Shown: piece by piece, positions 27,615-37,069 of the stretch
How the letters are laid out: each line of letters begins with the position of its first letter
Position numbering within the stretch: position 1 is the first letter of the stretch
From: a phage
Sequence record: OZ336094.1
Strand: one strand, 5' to 3'
Length of the DNA: 64,000 nt
Program-made: the position numbers and the translations under genes
The notes under the pieces: generated by a model
The model's input: the letters and a program-made list of their open reading frames with translations, nothing else
Database searches by the model: none
Told to the model about the DNA's origin: nothing

Positions 27615-30028
27615 TGGCGAATTTTCCAACATATCCTGCTACGACACTAGAACAAGGTGTTGATCTGGTTATATTCTCGTCTAACCAGATGCATGATGTT
27701 ATTAATGGAGATGCTACAGCAACTGTAGAAACCGAAACAGGTTTAATACCTACACTGCGTAAAGCACTTGTTGATAACTTCTTCTTTAAGAGTCCTGTTG
27801 CTTGGTCAGCAGGATCAACTGAAACTGTATTTAACCAGTTACGTTATTTTGAAAACGGTATCTTGAGTGGGTACTATTATGCCCCATCTGCCACTACTGC
27901 TAACCCTGTACCTATGCAGGGTACACCTGTAGGAGACAGTAACTGGACTCTGTACGCTCTTAAAACTGAACAGTTAGCTTCAGATGTGTATCCTTGGTAT
28001 TTTAAAGGTGCTACAGGATATGAAACAGAAATCAGTCCTCCTTATATCTTTGATAATGCTATTGTCACCATTAACGGTGTAATTCAGATTCAAGGTGAAG
28101 CATTTACTATCAAAGATAGTAAAATTATTCTGGCAGAACCATTAGGTTTAGATCCGTCTACTGGTCTACCTAACAAATTGTTTGCTTTTATTGGTAAAAC
28201 AACAGCCTCTACTTCCTACGTAGAGAAAAACCTTTTGTCATCTACCACTGGTGCAGCAATGATTGGTCTTCCATCTGGAGGCAACCTGTTACAAGCTCAA
28301 TACTTTGTAACGCCTGAGCAGTTTGGTGCAATTGGTGATGGAGTTACCGATGATACTCAAGCAATTTTAAAAACTATTACTTTCGCTAACACGAATAACA
28401 TTCAAGTACGTGCAGATAAGAATTATAGATTCACAAGCTCAATTGCTATGTCTGGTATTCGTTGGTATGGTGGTACATTCACTGGTAACGGTGGAACAAT
28501 GATTTCTACTGTGTCCTGTTGGATGGAAAACGTTCGCTTTGAAAAATGTTATGTTAAGATGTTAGGTGGTGATTGCCGATTCTATCGTAATATCTTCTCC
28601 AACGCAACATCTACAGCAGCATTCTTAATGCAAGCAATGACAAGTGAAGGTACGTTGGACTTCAGTTACAACGAAATGTATGGTTGTAAATATGCGATCC
28701 TGCAACAAGGTACTGGAGAAGTAATGACCTACGGGCGTTACTCTAACAACTATATTCACGATATTAAAGGTGATGCTATTGAACTTAACGTAGTTCAAAA
28801 ACACTACACTGAAGGTTTGATTATCGAGAATAACCACATTGCTAACGTAGATGCTTCTGGACAAGGGGCAAACTGGGGTATTGGTATTGGTGTAGCAGGT
28901 AGTGGCCCATATGGTGTTGATGTTCCTGATTCACAATATGTACGTAATTTCAGTATCGTTGGGAATAGGGTTTACAATTGCCGTCAATGTCTACACGTTG
29001 AAATGGGTAAAAACTTCACGATACGTGATAATGAAGTTTATCCTAACACAGCAGTTTCAACAGGTACAGGTTTAACTACTTGTGGTGTTGCATTATACGG
29101 ATGCCAAGATTTTGAAGTTGATGGTTTAACTGGTTATCTGCTTAATGATCCGTCTGTTTCAACACGCATGGTCTTTATTGACTGGGGTGTTAACAGTGGA
29201 AGATATGCGGGGCCACCAATTAACTTTACAATTAAGAATTTGGATATTCCAGAATCTTCAATTGAGATTGCAACATCTGGATCAGATGACTGGGAAAACT
29301 CTACAATTGTTAGTAATATCAATTGTAATGTTTTTAAATGGCGTGGGCTACCATCTAGCTCTACCTTTAATAATATTCGTTGCCGTAGTATTGACTTTAT
29401 TGGTCAACACGGAAGCGGAGAAGGAAGTGGTGGCGGTTTCTATACTCGCAGCCAATTCACGTATATGAAGTGGGTAGGATGTACAGCACTTAGCGGAGAT
29501 GAAACAACAGTTTCTTTTGCTAAAATCTACACTGATCGTTGCGATCAGGTTGGAAATAACTTTGGTGTTCCAACTGCTGTTGATGGTACAGGTCATCGTG
29601 GGCCAGTTTTAACTACTATTTCTGAACAATATTTTACAACTTATGATGAATTCCCAGGTGGGCGTGAATTCCCTACTGGAACAGTTATTCATTGTGCAAG
29701 CGGTAAAAAACATGTTGTTACAGTAGGTGGTGCTTTCTTTAGTGCCAACGAGAAAATAAAAGCAACTGTTACAGGTCAAACCTATCTACAGTCTAATGCT
29801 TTAAACTGGGCTAGTAATGGCTACGCTAAAGCAGCAGGTACTAAGATTGTTATTCCAGGTGCAGGTGCAAATGGCGGCGATCTTGTGACAACTATAGCAC
29901 GTGCTACATATGTGACAAATAGTTTGTACACAATAGATATTGCAGATCCAATTGTAACACCTACAGCAGAGAATACACAAATTAAAGCTCTGAACCCTGT
30001 TACTTTTGTTACTGTCAATAATGCTTAA
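27614..30028 (+). CDS. Tailspike-like protein with probable right-handed beta-helix (pectate-lyase-like)
   Basis: 804 aa; repeated Asn/Gly-rich beta-strand motifs and an FGAIGDGVTDDTQAI segment typical of pectin-lyase-fold depolymerases. Confidence 0.5.
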   Translation: MANFPTYPATTLEQGVDLVIFSSNQMHDVINGDATATVETETGLIPTLRKALVDNFFFKSPVAWSAGSTETVFNQLRYFENGILSGYYYAPSATTANPVPMQGTPVGDSNWTLYALKTEQLASDVYPWYFKGATGYETEISPPYIFDNAIVTINGVIQIQGEAFTIKDSKIILAEPLGLDPSTGLPNKLFAFIGKTTASTSYVEKNLLSSTTGAAMIGLPSGGNLLQAQYFVTPEQFGAIGDGVTDDTQAILKTITFANTNNIQVRADKNYRFTSSIAMSGIRWYGGTFTGNGGTMISTVSCWMENVRFEKCYVKMLGGDCRFYRNIFSNATSTAAFLMQAMTSEGTLDFSYNEMYGCKYAILQQGTGEVMTYGRYSNNYIHDIKGDAIELNVVQKHYTEGLIIENNHIANVDASGQGANWGIGIGVAGSGPYGVDVPDSQYVRNFSIVGNRVYNCRQCLHVEMGKNFTIRDNEVYPNTAVSTGTGLTTCGVALYGCQDFEVDGLTGYLLNDPSVSTRMVFIDWGVNSGRYAGPPINFTIKNLDIPESSIEIATSGSDDWENSTIVSNINCNVFKWRGLPSSSTFNNIRCRSIDFIGQHGSGEGSGGGFYTRSQFTYMKWVGCTALSGDETTVSFAKIYTDRCDQVGNNFGVPTAVDGTGHRGPVLTTISEQYFTTYDEFPGGREFPTGTVIHCASGKKHVVTVGGAFFSANEKIKATVTGQTYLQSNALNWASNGYAKAAGTKIVIPGAGANGGDLVTTIARATYVTNSLYTIDIADPIVTPTAENTQIKALNPVTFVTVNNA

Positions 30029-30034
30029 TTAAAA

Positions 30035-30054
30035 AGGGGCGAAAGCCCCTTTAT
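30035..30054 (+). terminator. Rho-independent terminator
   Basis: aggggc-gaaa-gcccct hairpin (GNRA loop) followed by a T-rich tract. Confidence 0.55.
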
Positions 30055-30069
30055 AAAAGGAGTAGTAAA

Positions 30070-32031
30070 GTGATTTTAACACGTCCAAATAGTGCCATTG
30101 CAGACATGGTAGAGTCTCGCTATAGAAAGCGTAGAAGTTTTGCAAGTGGTTTTACCTTAAGAGATGCTCGTGAAGCATTGCTCTTTGAAACTGACGGTAA
30201 CTACTATCAGTGGAAAGGTTCTCTACCTAAAGTTGTACCTGCTAACTCTACTCCTACATCTACTGGAGGGATTTCAGATACAGCTTGGAAAAATGTGGGT
30301 AATGCAGATGACATTGCTCAAATAGAATCAGAATTAGATGCTATTGAAGCTGAAATTGAAGATCTTAGAGAATCCATTCCAGAAGCTGGTAAATCAGCTT
30401 ACCAGATTGCCGTAGACAATGGTTTCCAAGGTACTGAGACAGAGTGGTTGGCTTCTTTAAAAGGTGATCCAGGTGCTCCATTAAAGCTGCTAGGGACGCT
30501 ATCTAATACCAACCAATTACCTACAACTGGAAACAATGCAGGAGATGCATGGATTGTAGGCGAGAATATGTATGCTTGGGATGGTACTGCTTGGAGAAAA
30601 GTAAACTCACAGGGGCCAGAAGGTAAATCGGCTTATCAAGTTTGGCTTGCAGCAGGAAACCAAGGTACAGAACTAGATTATCTTGCTTCAATTAAAGGTG
30701 ATAAAGGGGAGCCTGGCCCAGAGGGGCCACAAGGTGTACCAGGTAACAATGCTAATGGTTTTGATTACCAAGGTGCAGCTAATTCCGTTTCAGATCTTCC
30801 TTCTGCATCTCCTGGAAACACATCTCAAGCATGGAATATTGGTACATATCTATACGTGTCAAACGGTGTAGAATGGATCAATATGGGCGCTATAGTGGGG
30901 CCAAAAGGAGATAAAGGCGACAAAGGAGATAAGGGTAACACTGGTGATTCAGCTTATCAAGTCTGGTTAAACGCTGGTAACGTTGGTACTATTGACGAAT
31001 ATATTGCCTCTCTGAAAGGAGAAAAAGGTGATAAGGGAGATAAGGGTGATCAAGGTGAGCAGGGTATACAAGGCTTGACGGGGCCAACTGGTGCAGGGTT
31101 GACCATTATTGATATTCTGACTGACACTTCTGAACTACCACAAACTGGAGAAGATGGTGATGGTTATCTGATCAATAATGAACTTTGGGTTTGGTTGCAA
31201 GGAGCCACACAGTGGACAAATGTTGGTCGTTTAGCTGGTACTCCAATCACTGCAAAAGGACACGTTGCGTCTGCAAGTGCACTTCCTCCTACATCCAATT
31301 ACGGTGATGCTTATTTGACGGAAGATACAGGTCATCTTTACATTTACACCTATGATGAACAAACTCAAACTGCTGAATATGTAGATATGGGTAGTTTGAA
31401 AGGTGATAAGGGTGAGAAAGGTGACGCTGGTACTAACGGTACAGACGGTGCTACTTGGATTGTTAAAACAACAGATCCAATCTCTAGTGATGGTAAACAA
31501 GGTGATTATGCCTTTAATATCTCCACTGGCGAGGTGTTCTTAAAAACATCTGCAACTGTCTGGACTTCTCAAGGTACACTACCTAGCATCACAGATGCAC
31601 CTAGTGACGGTAAGATCTATGCTCGTAAAGATGGAGCATGGGAAGAACTCACTAGTTCTGTAGATGGTCAAGATATAGTTCCAACAAAAGTAACAACTAA
31701 TTTTATAGAGGTTACAGCATATACCAACAACTCTGTTACAGGCGACTGGACACCTCCAGGAACACATAACATGAATGTGTTGAATCTTACTGGTAACTCT
31801 ACTATAAAAGCATGGCCTGGTGTCGAAGATAGCACAAAACCTAAACCATTCTCTGCAATAGTTTATCTTATCCAAGATGCCACTGGGGGTCGTACTGTTA
31901 CTTTAGATCCATCTTACAAAGTAATTGGTTCTAGTGATATTAATACAGATCCTAACGGAGTAACAATACTACAACTAACATATTGTGGTGTTGGCGATTA
32001 CGTGGATGCTATTGTTGCTAAACGCACATAA
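30070..32031 (+). CDS. Tail fibre with collagen-like G-X-Y tracts
   Basis: 653 aa; GDKGEPGPEGPQGVPG, GPKGDKGDKGDKGNTGD, GEKGDKGDKGDQGEQGIQGLTGPTGAG, GDKGEKGDAGTNGTDGA. Confidence 0.6.
   Translation: MILTRPNSAIADMVESRYRKRRSFASGFTLRDAREALLFETDGNYYQWKGSLPKVVPANSTPTSTGGISDTAWKNVGNADDIAQIESELDAIEAEIEDLRESIPEAGKSAYQIAVDNGFQGTETEWLASLKGDPGAPLKLLGTLSNTNQLPTTGNNAGDAWIVGENMYAWDGTAWRKVNSQGPEGKSAYQVWLAAGNQGTELDYLASIKGDKGEPGPEGPQGVPGNNANGFDYQGAANSVSDLPSASPGNTSQAWNIGTYLYVSNGVEWINMGAIVGPKGDKGDKGDKGNTGDSAYQVWLNAGNVGTIDEYIASLKGEKGDKGDKGDQGEQGIQGLTGPTGAGLTIIDILTDTSELPQTGEDGDGYLINNELWVWLQGATQWTNVGRLAGTPITAKGHVASASALPPTSNYGDAYLTEDTGHLYIYTYDEQTQTAEYVDMGSLKGDKGEKGDAGTNGTDGATWIVKTTDPISSDGKQGDYAFNISTGEVFLKTSATVWTSQGTLPSITDAPSDGKIYARKDGAWEELTSSVDGQDIVPTKVTTNFIEVTAYTNNSVTGDWTPPGTHNMNVLNLTGNSTIKAWPGVEDSTKPKPFSAIVYLIQDATGGRTVTLDPSYKVIGSSDINTDPNGVTILQLTYCGVGDYVDAIVAKRT
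30391..31446 (+). repeat. Collagen-like G-X-Y triplet tracts plus three copies of a ~30-aa SAYQ...LASLKG motif
   Basis: Seen in the translation: GKSAYQIAVDNGFQGTETEWLASLKG / GKSAYQVWLAAGNQGTELDYLASIKG / GDSAYQVWLNAGNVGTIDEYIASLKG, each followed by a G-X-Y tract. Confidence 0.7.
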
Positions 32032-32034
32032 TCA

Positions 32035-32058
32035 AAGCCCCTTCGGGGGCTTATTATT
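32035..32058 (+). terminator. Rho-independent terminator
   Basis: aagcccc-ttcg-ggggctt hairpin (UUCG loop) then a T-rich tract. Confidence 0.55.
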
Positions 32059-32070
32059 TAAGGAGATTAA

Positions 32071-34890
32071 ATGTATCCTATTCCTTTATTTATGTCAACA
32101 ACATCAGCTTCAGTAGTAACAGCTACATCTATAACTACTTCCTCTATTGGTATTGCAATAGTTGGTGGTAAAAAACAACTGACATACACAGTTACACCCG
32201 AAGATGGTGCGTTATTTGATATAGCTTTTTCATCTTCAGATAATACCAAAATGGTTATAGATAATAGTGGTATGATGGAGTTTGTTGCCGAAGGTGGTTT
32301 TGATGCAATAATGACAGCTAAAAATAATTTAGGTGCTGTCTTAACTGATCAATCTGGTGGTTATGCTTCAGAATTAAGTGTGTACACTGAAAGTCTATTG
32401 GCTATGGATGTAGGCACTACTCAACAGTTGGTTGCTACAATCAGTCCAGAAGGTGCTAAAGACCTTCCAGATATGGTAATTACATACACCACAACAGATC
32501 CAGAAGTAGCTACTGTAAGCCCTACAGGATTAATAACTGCTCTTAAAGATGGCAATTGCCGTATAGGTTGTACTGCAACGTATCAAGGAACAGTTGTGGC
32601 CTCTGATAGTTCTTATTTAGGTGTTAATGCTATTCCTGTTATTTCTAATGTAACAGCCGTGGCAAACAGCTATGGAGACGTTCGTGTTGCTTGGGATGTA
32701 GCTGATCCGCTAGACGGTGATACTTATACTGTAGAAGTATTAGATTTAAGTAATAACAGTGTCCAGTGGACTACAACAACCACGAATACTTACGCCTACT
32801 TTGATATCTCTGACTCTATTCCTCTTTATGGGTTTGCTCCAACATACCTTAAAATTAGCGTTAAGAGCACCAAAGCAGCAGCCGTTATCTTTAATAACTC
32901 AATAGCTACAGATGATTCATTCATTAAAGAAGTTATTGTCTTTGCTGGACAAGATAACGTAAATGCACACTTTACAGAACTATCTGGTGCAAATAAAGCA
33001 GCAATGAGTAGCACAACAGCCCGTAATGCATATGCTACGCAACGTGGTTTAGCAAATGCTGAAGTTCTTCCGTTAAATACAGCTTCTGGATCATCAGCAG
33101 CAGATAAATATGCTGACGATAAAGCTGGAACAGGTACACCAGACAACTACTGGTATGATCTGGATAACACAGCAGATGGGCCATGCTTAACTAACTTTAT
33201 CACTAAAGTAACACCTTATGCAAGTAAGGTTAAAGCAATTATTTGGGGACAAGGTGAAAATGATGCTGTATCAGCATCTTCAACTGTTGCAGGTAGGTAC
33301 AGTAACACTACACGTTACCATGATGCTACGATAGCTATCTTTGATAAGATGCGTACAATAGTTCCTGCTTCTCAAGCAAAAATTGTTTGGCAGATCCTAG
33401 GACGTTCTTATTTATATGGTGTAGAAGTTAATGGTGTGGATTGGCAGAAGTACAGAAATGTACAAAGAACCATCTCTACAGCACGTGATGATGTTATCAT
33501 TGGTTCTTGGGTAGATGGTGCTGAACGTTACAGTGGTTATGTTTATGAAGAAGGTATTGATGGTCGTATCCATTATGTTTCTTCTGTATACCAAACAGCA
33601 GCTACAAAACTTGCTAAATCAGCAGCAGACGGTACAGACTTAACATCAACGTCACCTGTTTGGGTTGATATGGCTGTTCCAACTGGAGCAACAGCTACTT
33701 CCCAACCTAATCAAGATACAATTTTAGCATGGGATGCTCAAGGCTATAGTAAACACTACTTCCGTAATATTAACGTCTTAACCGCATCTGTATTAACTGA
33801 ACAAACGCTTAATACGAACAGTTATACGTTTACCTATGCAGATCAAGTAGAACAATATGGTTTTGCAGCAGGAACTACTATATTTGATGTTGCATATTAT
33901 GACGAAGCAAATGATGTGTTATCTCCTTTAGTACGTTTTAATGTTAACGTTACAGCAGGAACCGTAGAAGATAAACCTGTCGTGATGGACTATGATTTGA
34001 CGCAAGAAACTCTTCCATCAGATGTTAAGGTTAATGGTGGGAACTCTTTTGCTCGTGCTTCTGGAGATATACTTGTAGCCACTAACACCTTGGTTGCTCC
34101 GTTGGAGTATGTTGGTAATACCCCTGTAGGTAGACGTGTAACAGCTAACACAGCTTCACAAATTTTTGTCAACAACGCCTTAACAAGTGCAAGCCCGTGG
34201 GTAAAGACCAACTTAACTGTTGCAGCTTCATCTGATAAATCTCCGGCTGGAACTACTGCCAATGTATTCAAATTAACTCCGACTACAACCTCTGGTAGTC
34301 ATATCTTAACTGCAACATATACTAACGCGTACAACATATCTGCCGGACGTAACTGGTCTGCCTCTGTTTTCTTGAAAGCAAACGGGATTACTAAGGCCAA
34401 ACTAAGATTAAAAGCAGGAACTGAAGTTAATGAGGGTACTTTTGATTTAGCAGCAGGTACATTCACAGGAAGTGAAGCTAATATTATATCTATGGGCAAC
34501 GGTTGGTATCGTGCTATTCTGCATAAAACAGGGATAGCCAAACAGTCCTTCATAAGTTTTGAAATAATTGCCTTGGATGCAACTGGTGCGGAGATTTTCT
34601 CTGGAGATGGTACTAGTAACCTTGCAGTTTGGTTGCCACAGCTTGAAGGTGCTTCTACAGGAGAAACATCAAAAGCTGGATCGCCTTATGTCTGCACATA
34701 TCCTGGAAATTTAGGAGGAGTATCCTTCACTATACCAAGGAACGGACATACTGGTGTGGATGTTTACTATTCCAACGGAGACGTTGTTCGTGACGTATTC
34801 TCTGGTACGGCATCTACTTGGACAATAAACTACTCCAGCTTGTACGATTGGGGATCAGTCTTTATTACAGGTTTGAAATATTACGACTAA
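32071..34890 (+). CDS. Large tail fibre / receptor-binding protein with Ig-like repeats
   Basis: 939 aa; N-terminal Ig-like (BIG2-type) segments; a GQxN-containing segment (VIVFAGQDNVNAHF) reminiscent of carbohydrate esterases but without Ser at the nucleophile position; last gene of the plus-strand block. Confidence 0.5.
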   Translation: MYPIPLFMSTTSASVVTATSITTSSIGIAIVGGKKQLTYTVTPEDGALFDIAFSSSDNTKMVIDNSGMMEFVAEGGFDAIMTAKNNLGAVLTDQSGGYASELSVYTESLLAMDVGTTQQLVATISPEGAKDLPDMVITYTTTDPEVATVSPTGLITALKDGNCRIGCTATYQGTVVASDSSYLGVNAIPVISNVTAVANSYGDVRVAWDVADPLDGDTYTVEVLDLSNNSVQWTTTTTNTYAYFDISDSIPLYGFAPTYLKISVKSTKAAAVIFNNSIATDDSFIKEVIVFAGQDNVNAHFTELSGANKAAMSSTTARNAYATQRGLANAEVLPLNTASGSSAADKYADDKAGTGTPDNYWYDLDNTADGPCLTNFITKVTPYASKVKAIIWGQGENDAVSASSTVAGRYSNTTRYHDATIAIFDKMRTIVPASQAKIVWQILGRSYLYGVEVNGVDWQKYRNVQRTISTARDDVIIGSWVDGAERYSGYVYEEGIDGRIHYVSSVYQTAATKLAKSAADGTDLTSTSPVWVDMAVPTGATATSQPNQDTILAWDAQGYSKHYFRNINVLTASVLTEQTLNTNSYTFTYADQVEQYGFAAGTTIFDVAYYDEANDVLSPLVRFNVNVTAGTVEDKPVVMDYDLTQETLPSDVKVNGGNSFARASGDILVATNTLVAPLEYVGNTPVGRRVTANTASQIFVNNALTSASPWVKTNLTVAASSDKSPAGTTANVFKLTPTTTSGSHILTATYTNAYNISAGRNWSASVFLKANGITKAKLRLKAGTEVNEGTFDLAAGTFTGSEANIISMGNGWYRAILHKTGIAKQSFISFEIIALDATGAEIFSGDGTSNLAVWLPQLEGASTGETSKAGSPYVCTYPGNLGGVSFTIPRNGHTGVDVYYSNGDVVRDVFSGTASTWTINYSSLYDWGSVFITGLKYYD

Positions 34891-34897
34891 TAAAAAA

Positions 34898-34913
34898 GGA
34901 GCCATTAGGCTCC
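34898..34913. terminator. Bidirectional terminator hairpin at the strand switch
   Basis: ggagcc-atta-ggctcc hairpin flanked by A6 upstream and a T-tract downstream, between convergent gene blocks. Confidence 0.55.
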
Positions 34914-34925
34914 TTTTCTTTTATC

Positions 34926-35357
34926 TTAGTCAGTGAAAATTACGCTTACATCTTCTTTAGAAAAGAGTTTATGATCTTCACCTTTTGTCTCAAGAGTTTC
35001 ATACAGATTAAGAAGTTCTGAAACATCTTTCTCTACCAGTTTCTTCAATGTTGCAATTTTCTGTTTGCGACTCTTAATACGTTCAGCTACAACCTTACGC
35101 TGGTATCCGGCAGTACGATAACCTGAGAAAGTTACACCAGTAAGGCTTGCAGTCACAGGATCGTAGTGACGTTCAATCTGAAACTTATTAAAAGGTACAG
35201 CGTCATCACGAATAATCTTACCGCCATTACTTACTTGACGAAGACCAGTAACTTGCTCCAGTCGTGCCATAGAAATCTTTGGAGACAGACCAGAGTCCAG
35301 GTTCATACCATTGTTAATCAGTGCTTTCAGGGTGATTTTGCTGTTCAGTGTACTCAT
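34926..35357 (-). CDS. Hypothetical protein
   Basis: 143-aa ORF overlapping the 3' end region of the methyltransferase gene. Confidence 0.4.
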   Translation of the reverse strand: MSTLNSKITLKALINNGMNLDSGLSPKISMARLEQVTGLRQVSNGGKIIRDDAVPFNKFQIERHYDPVTASLTGVTFSGYRTAGYQRKVVAERIKSRKQKIATLKKLVEKDVSELLNLYETLETKGEDHKLFSKEDVSVIFTD

Positions 35358-36045
35358 TTAGTCGTTCCTCCGCTTGCTTAAAAATATTTACATCGGCTTC
35401 ACAGCCAAAGTATTCTCTACCTGTTAAAAGTGCCGCAACTTGTGTTGTTGCACTTCCAGAGAAGAAGTCTAAGACTACATCTCCTTCGTTGGTGTGTATA
35501 TTAATAAGGTCACAAAACAAAGTCAAGTGTTTTTGTGTTGGATGAAAACGATCTGCTCCTTGATAGATAGGATACTCAAACACACCCTTATGGTAGGAAG
35601 CATTGAAGGTTGGCTTCGAACCTTTAACACAAACAATAGCCATCTCTTTAGCGTTACTAAGATAGTTAACACCACTGTTGATGGGTACAGGGTTTGTTTT
35701 AATCCATTCGATAGTACGGAACATACGAAAACCAAGTGGTTCAAGGATTTCACGTAGCTCTTGGATCTTCCAGATATCATACCAAACGATGCAAGTACCA
35801 CCTTTTCTAAGCACCCTGTAGGCTTCTTTGAATACTTCTTTAAAGTAAGGAATATCTACAACATCCCAATCACCAAAGTTGTAAGATACACGGAATCTAT
35901 CCGTATCTTTTCCAGTCGGCTCTCCAGATTGAAAATTTGTGTCACGAGAAATAGCATATGGTGGGTCAGTAAGAATCAAATCTACACTATTGCTTTCGAG
36001 GGTTTGCAGGTAGTTTAATGCGGTGTTGTTTACAAATTCGCTCAT
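35314..36045 (-). CDS. DNA methyltransferase, beta-class N6-adenine or N4-cytosine type
   Basis: N-terminal DPPY motif (LILTDPPYAI) and C-terminal AdoMet motif (FFSGSATT) in the beta-class order; no adjacent restriction endonuclease, so an orphan enzyme. Confidence 0.7.
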   Translation of the reverse strand: MSEFVNNTALNYLQTLESNSVDLILTDPPYAISRDTNFQSGEPTGKDTDRFRVSYNFGDWDVVDIPYFKEVFKEAYRVLRKGGTCIVWYDIWKIQELREILEPLGFRMFRTIEWIKTNPVPINSGVNYLSNAKEMAIVCVKGSKPTFNASYHKGVFEYPIYQGADRFHPTQKHLTLFCDLINIHTNEGDVVLDFFSGSATTQVAALLTGREYFGCEADVNIFKQAEERLNEYTEQQNHPESTD

Positions 36046-36065
36046 TATATCTCCTTCAAAGAAAA

Positions 36066-36081
36066 GGAGCCGTTAGGCTCC
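36066..36081 (-). terminator. Terminator hairpin downstream of the SSB-like gene
   Basis: ggagcc-gtta-ggctcc hairpin, same stem as the 34898 hairpin; a T-tract follows on the minus strand. Confidence 0.45.
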
Positions 36082-36105
36082 TTATATTCACACAATACTT
36101 AACTA

Positions 36106-37053
36106 TTAGAAACAGTGCAGGAAGTTTCGACCATACTGCAAACCAATAGGAGCAAATGGGATATCATCATCGAAGTCTTGAACAACAGGTTCTGGTTCTT
36201 TCGGTGCTGGCTCTTTCTTCTCTACTTTTTTAGTTTCTTTCTTAACTTCTTGTACTGGGGTAGACATTCCACGGATAGCAGCAGCTACTTTATCAGACAA
36301 AGCAAGAACTTCACGAGCAGCTTCAATAATCTCTTCTGCCGTTACAGTTTTACCTGTATGATCACGACAAGCGTTAAGAATTGCGTGTCCAACTGAAGCA
36401 CCAAGATCATAGTCAGTTACATCAACGCCACGATCTTTAGCAATTTCAGCTTTCAGAGTAACAGTTGCAGATTGTACCACACCAGCCAAGTCGAAAGCAT
36501 CACCTTTTACACCAGCACGTAGAAGCTCCAGAGCGCCGTTTACAGCGTGTCCTGTTTCAATCCCTACGGTATCACGTTTTTTGTAGTTAGGCTTGCTACC
36601 GTCATTATTAGAGGGCTTATTTCCACCTTTTGAAGAGGATTGTGCTTGCTGAACACCTTCTGTTGAAAGAATAGTGATTTTACCTTTAGAGGAGTTGTAG
36701 TATGTTTTGCCATTCCATTCAGAAGGTTTAACATCCATAGTTAGTTCTACACCTTTTTCGATAGTAACCCACTTATCACCATCTTTAACTTGCAGGTTTT
36801 CATGTTCTGGGTGCAGTTTAACTTCACCTAGGCTAACCCAAACACCTTTATCATCAGCACCAGCACCTTTCTCTTTAATAAGCAGAGATGCTTTGTGAGT
36901 TGATTCAATTTTCTTATCTGGCTGACCTGCAACCTTAATATAAGAGACTTTCATTTCATCAAACTTATCTAGTTTGACATATTCAACGATACCTTCAGCC
37001 CAGAATGCTTCTTTTTTAGTACGACGGTCGATTTCAGAATTAATTACTGGCAT
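36106..37053 (-). CDS. ssb: Putative single-stranded DNA-binding protein with an SSB-Ct-like acidic motif
   Basis: DFDDDIPF matches the E. coli SSB C-terminal tip but is followed here by 15 more residues (APIGLQYGRNFLHCF); position within the replication module. Confidence 0.45.
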   Translation of the reverse strand: MPVINSEIDRRTKKEAFWAEGIVEYVKLDKFDEMKVSYIKVAGQPDKKIESTHKASLLIKEKGAGADDKGVWVSLGEVKLHPEHENLQVKDGDKWVTIEKGVELTMDVKPSEWNGKTYYNSSKGKITILSTEGVQQAQSSSKGGNKPSNNDGSKPNYKKRDTVGIETGHAVNGALELLRAGVKGDAFDLAGVVQSATVTLKAEIAKDRGVDVTDYDLGASVGHAILNACRDHTGKTVTAEEIIEAAREVLALSDKVAAAIRGMSTPVQEVKKETKKVEKKEPAPKEPEPVVQDFDDDIPFAPIGLQYGRNFLHCF

Positions 37054-37069
37054 AAATTCTCCTCTATAA

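Noticed and set aside
32071-34890. Calling the 939-aa fibre an active O-acetylesterase
   Set aside because: The GQxN-like block has Asp where the catalytic Ser is expected; kept only as a low-confidence finding.
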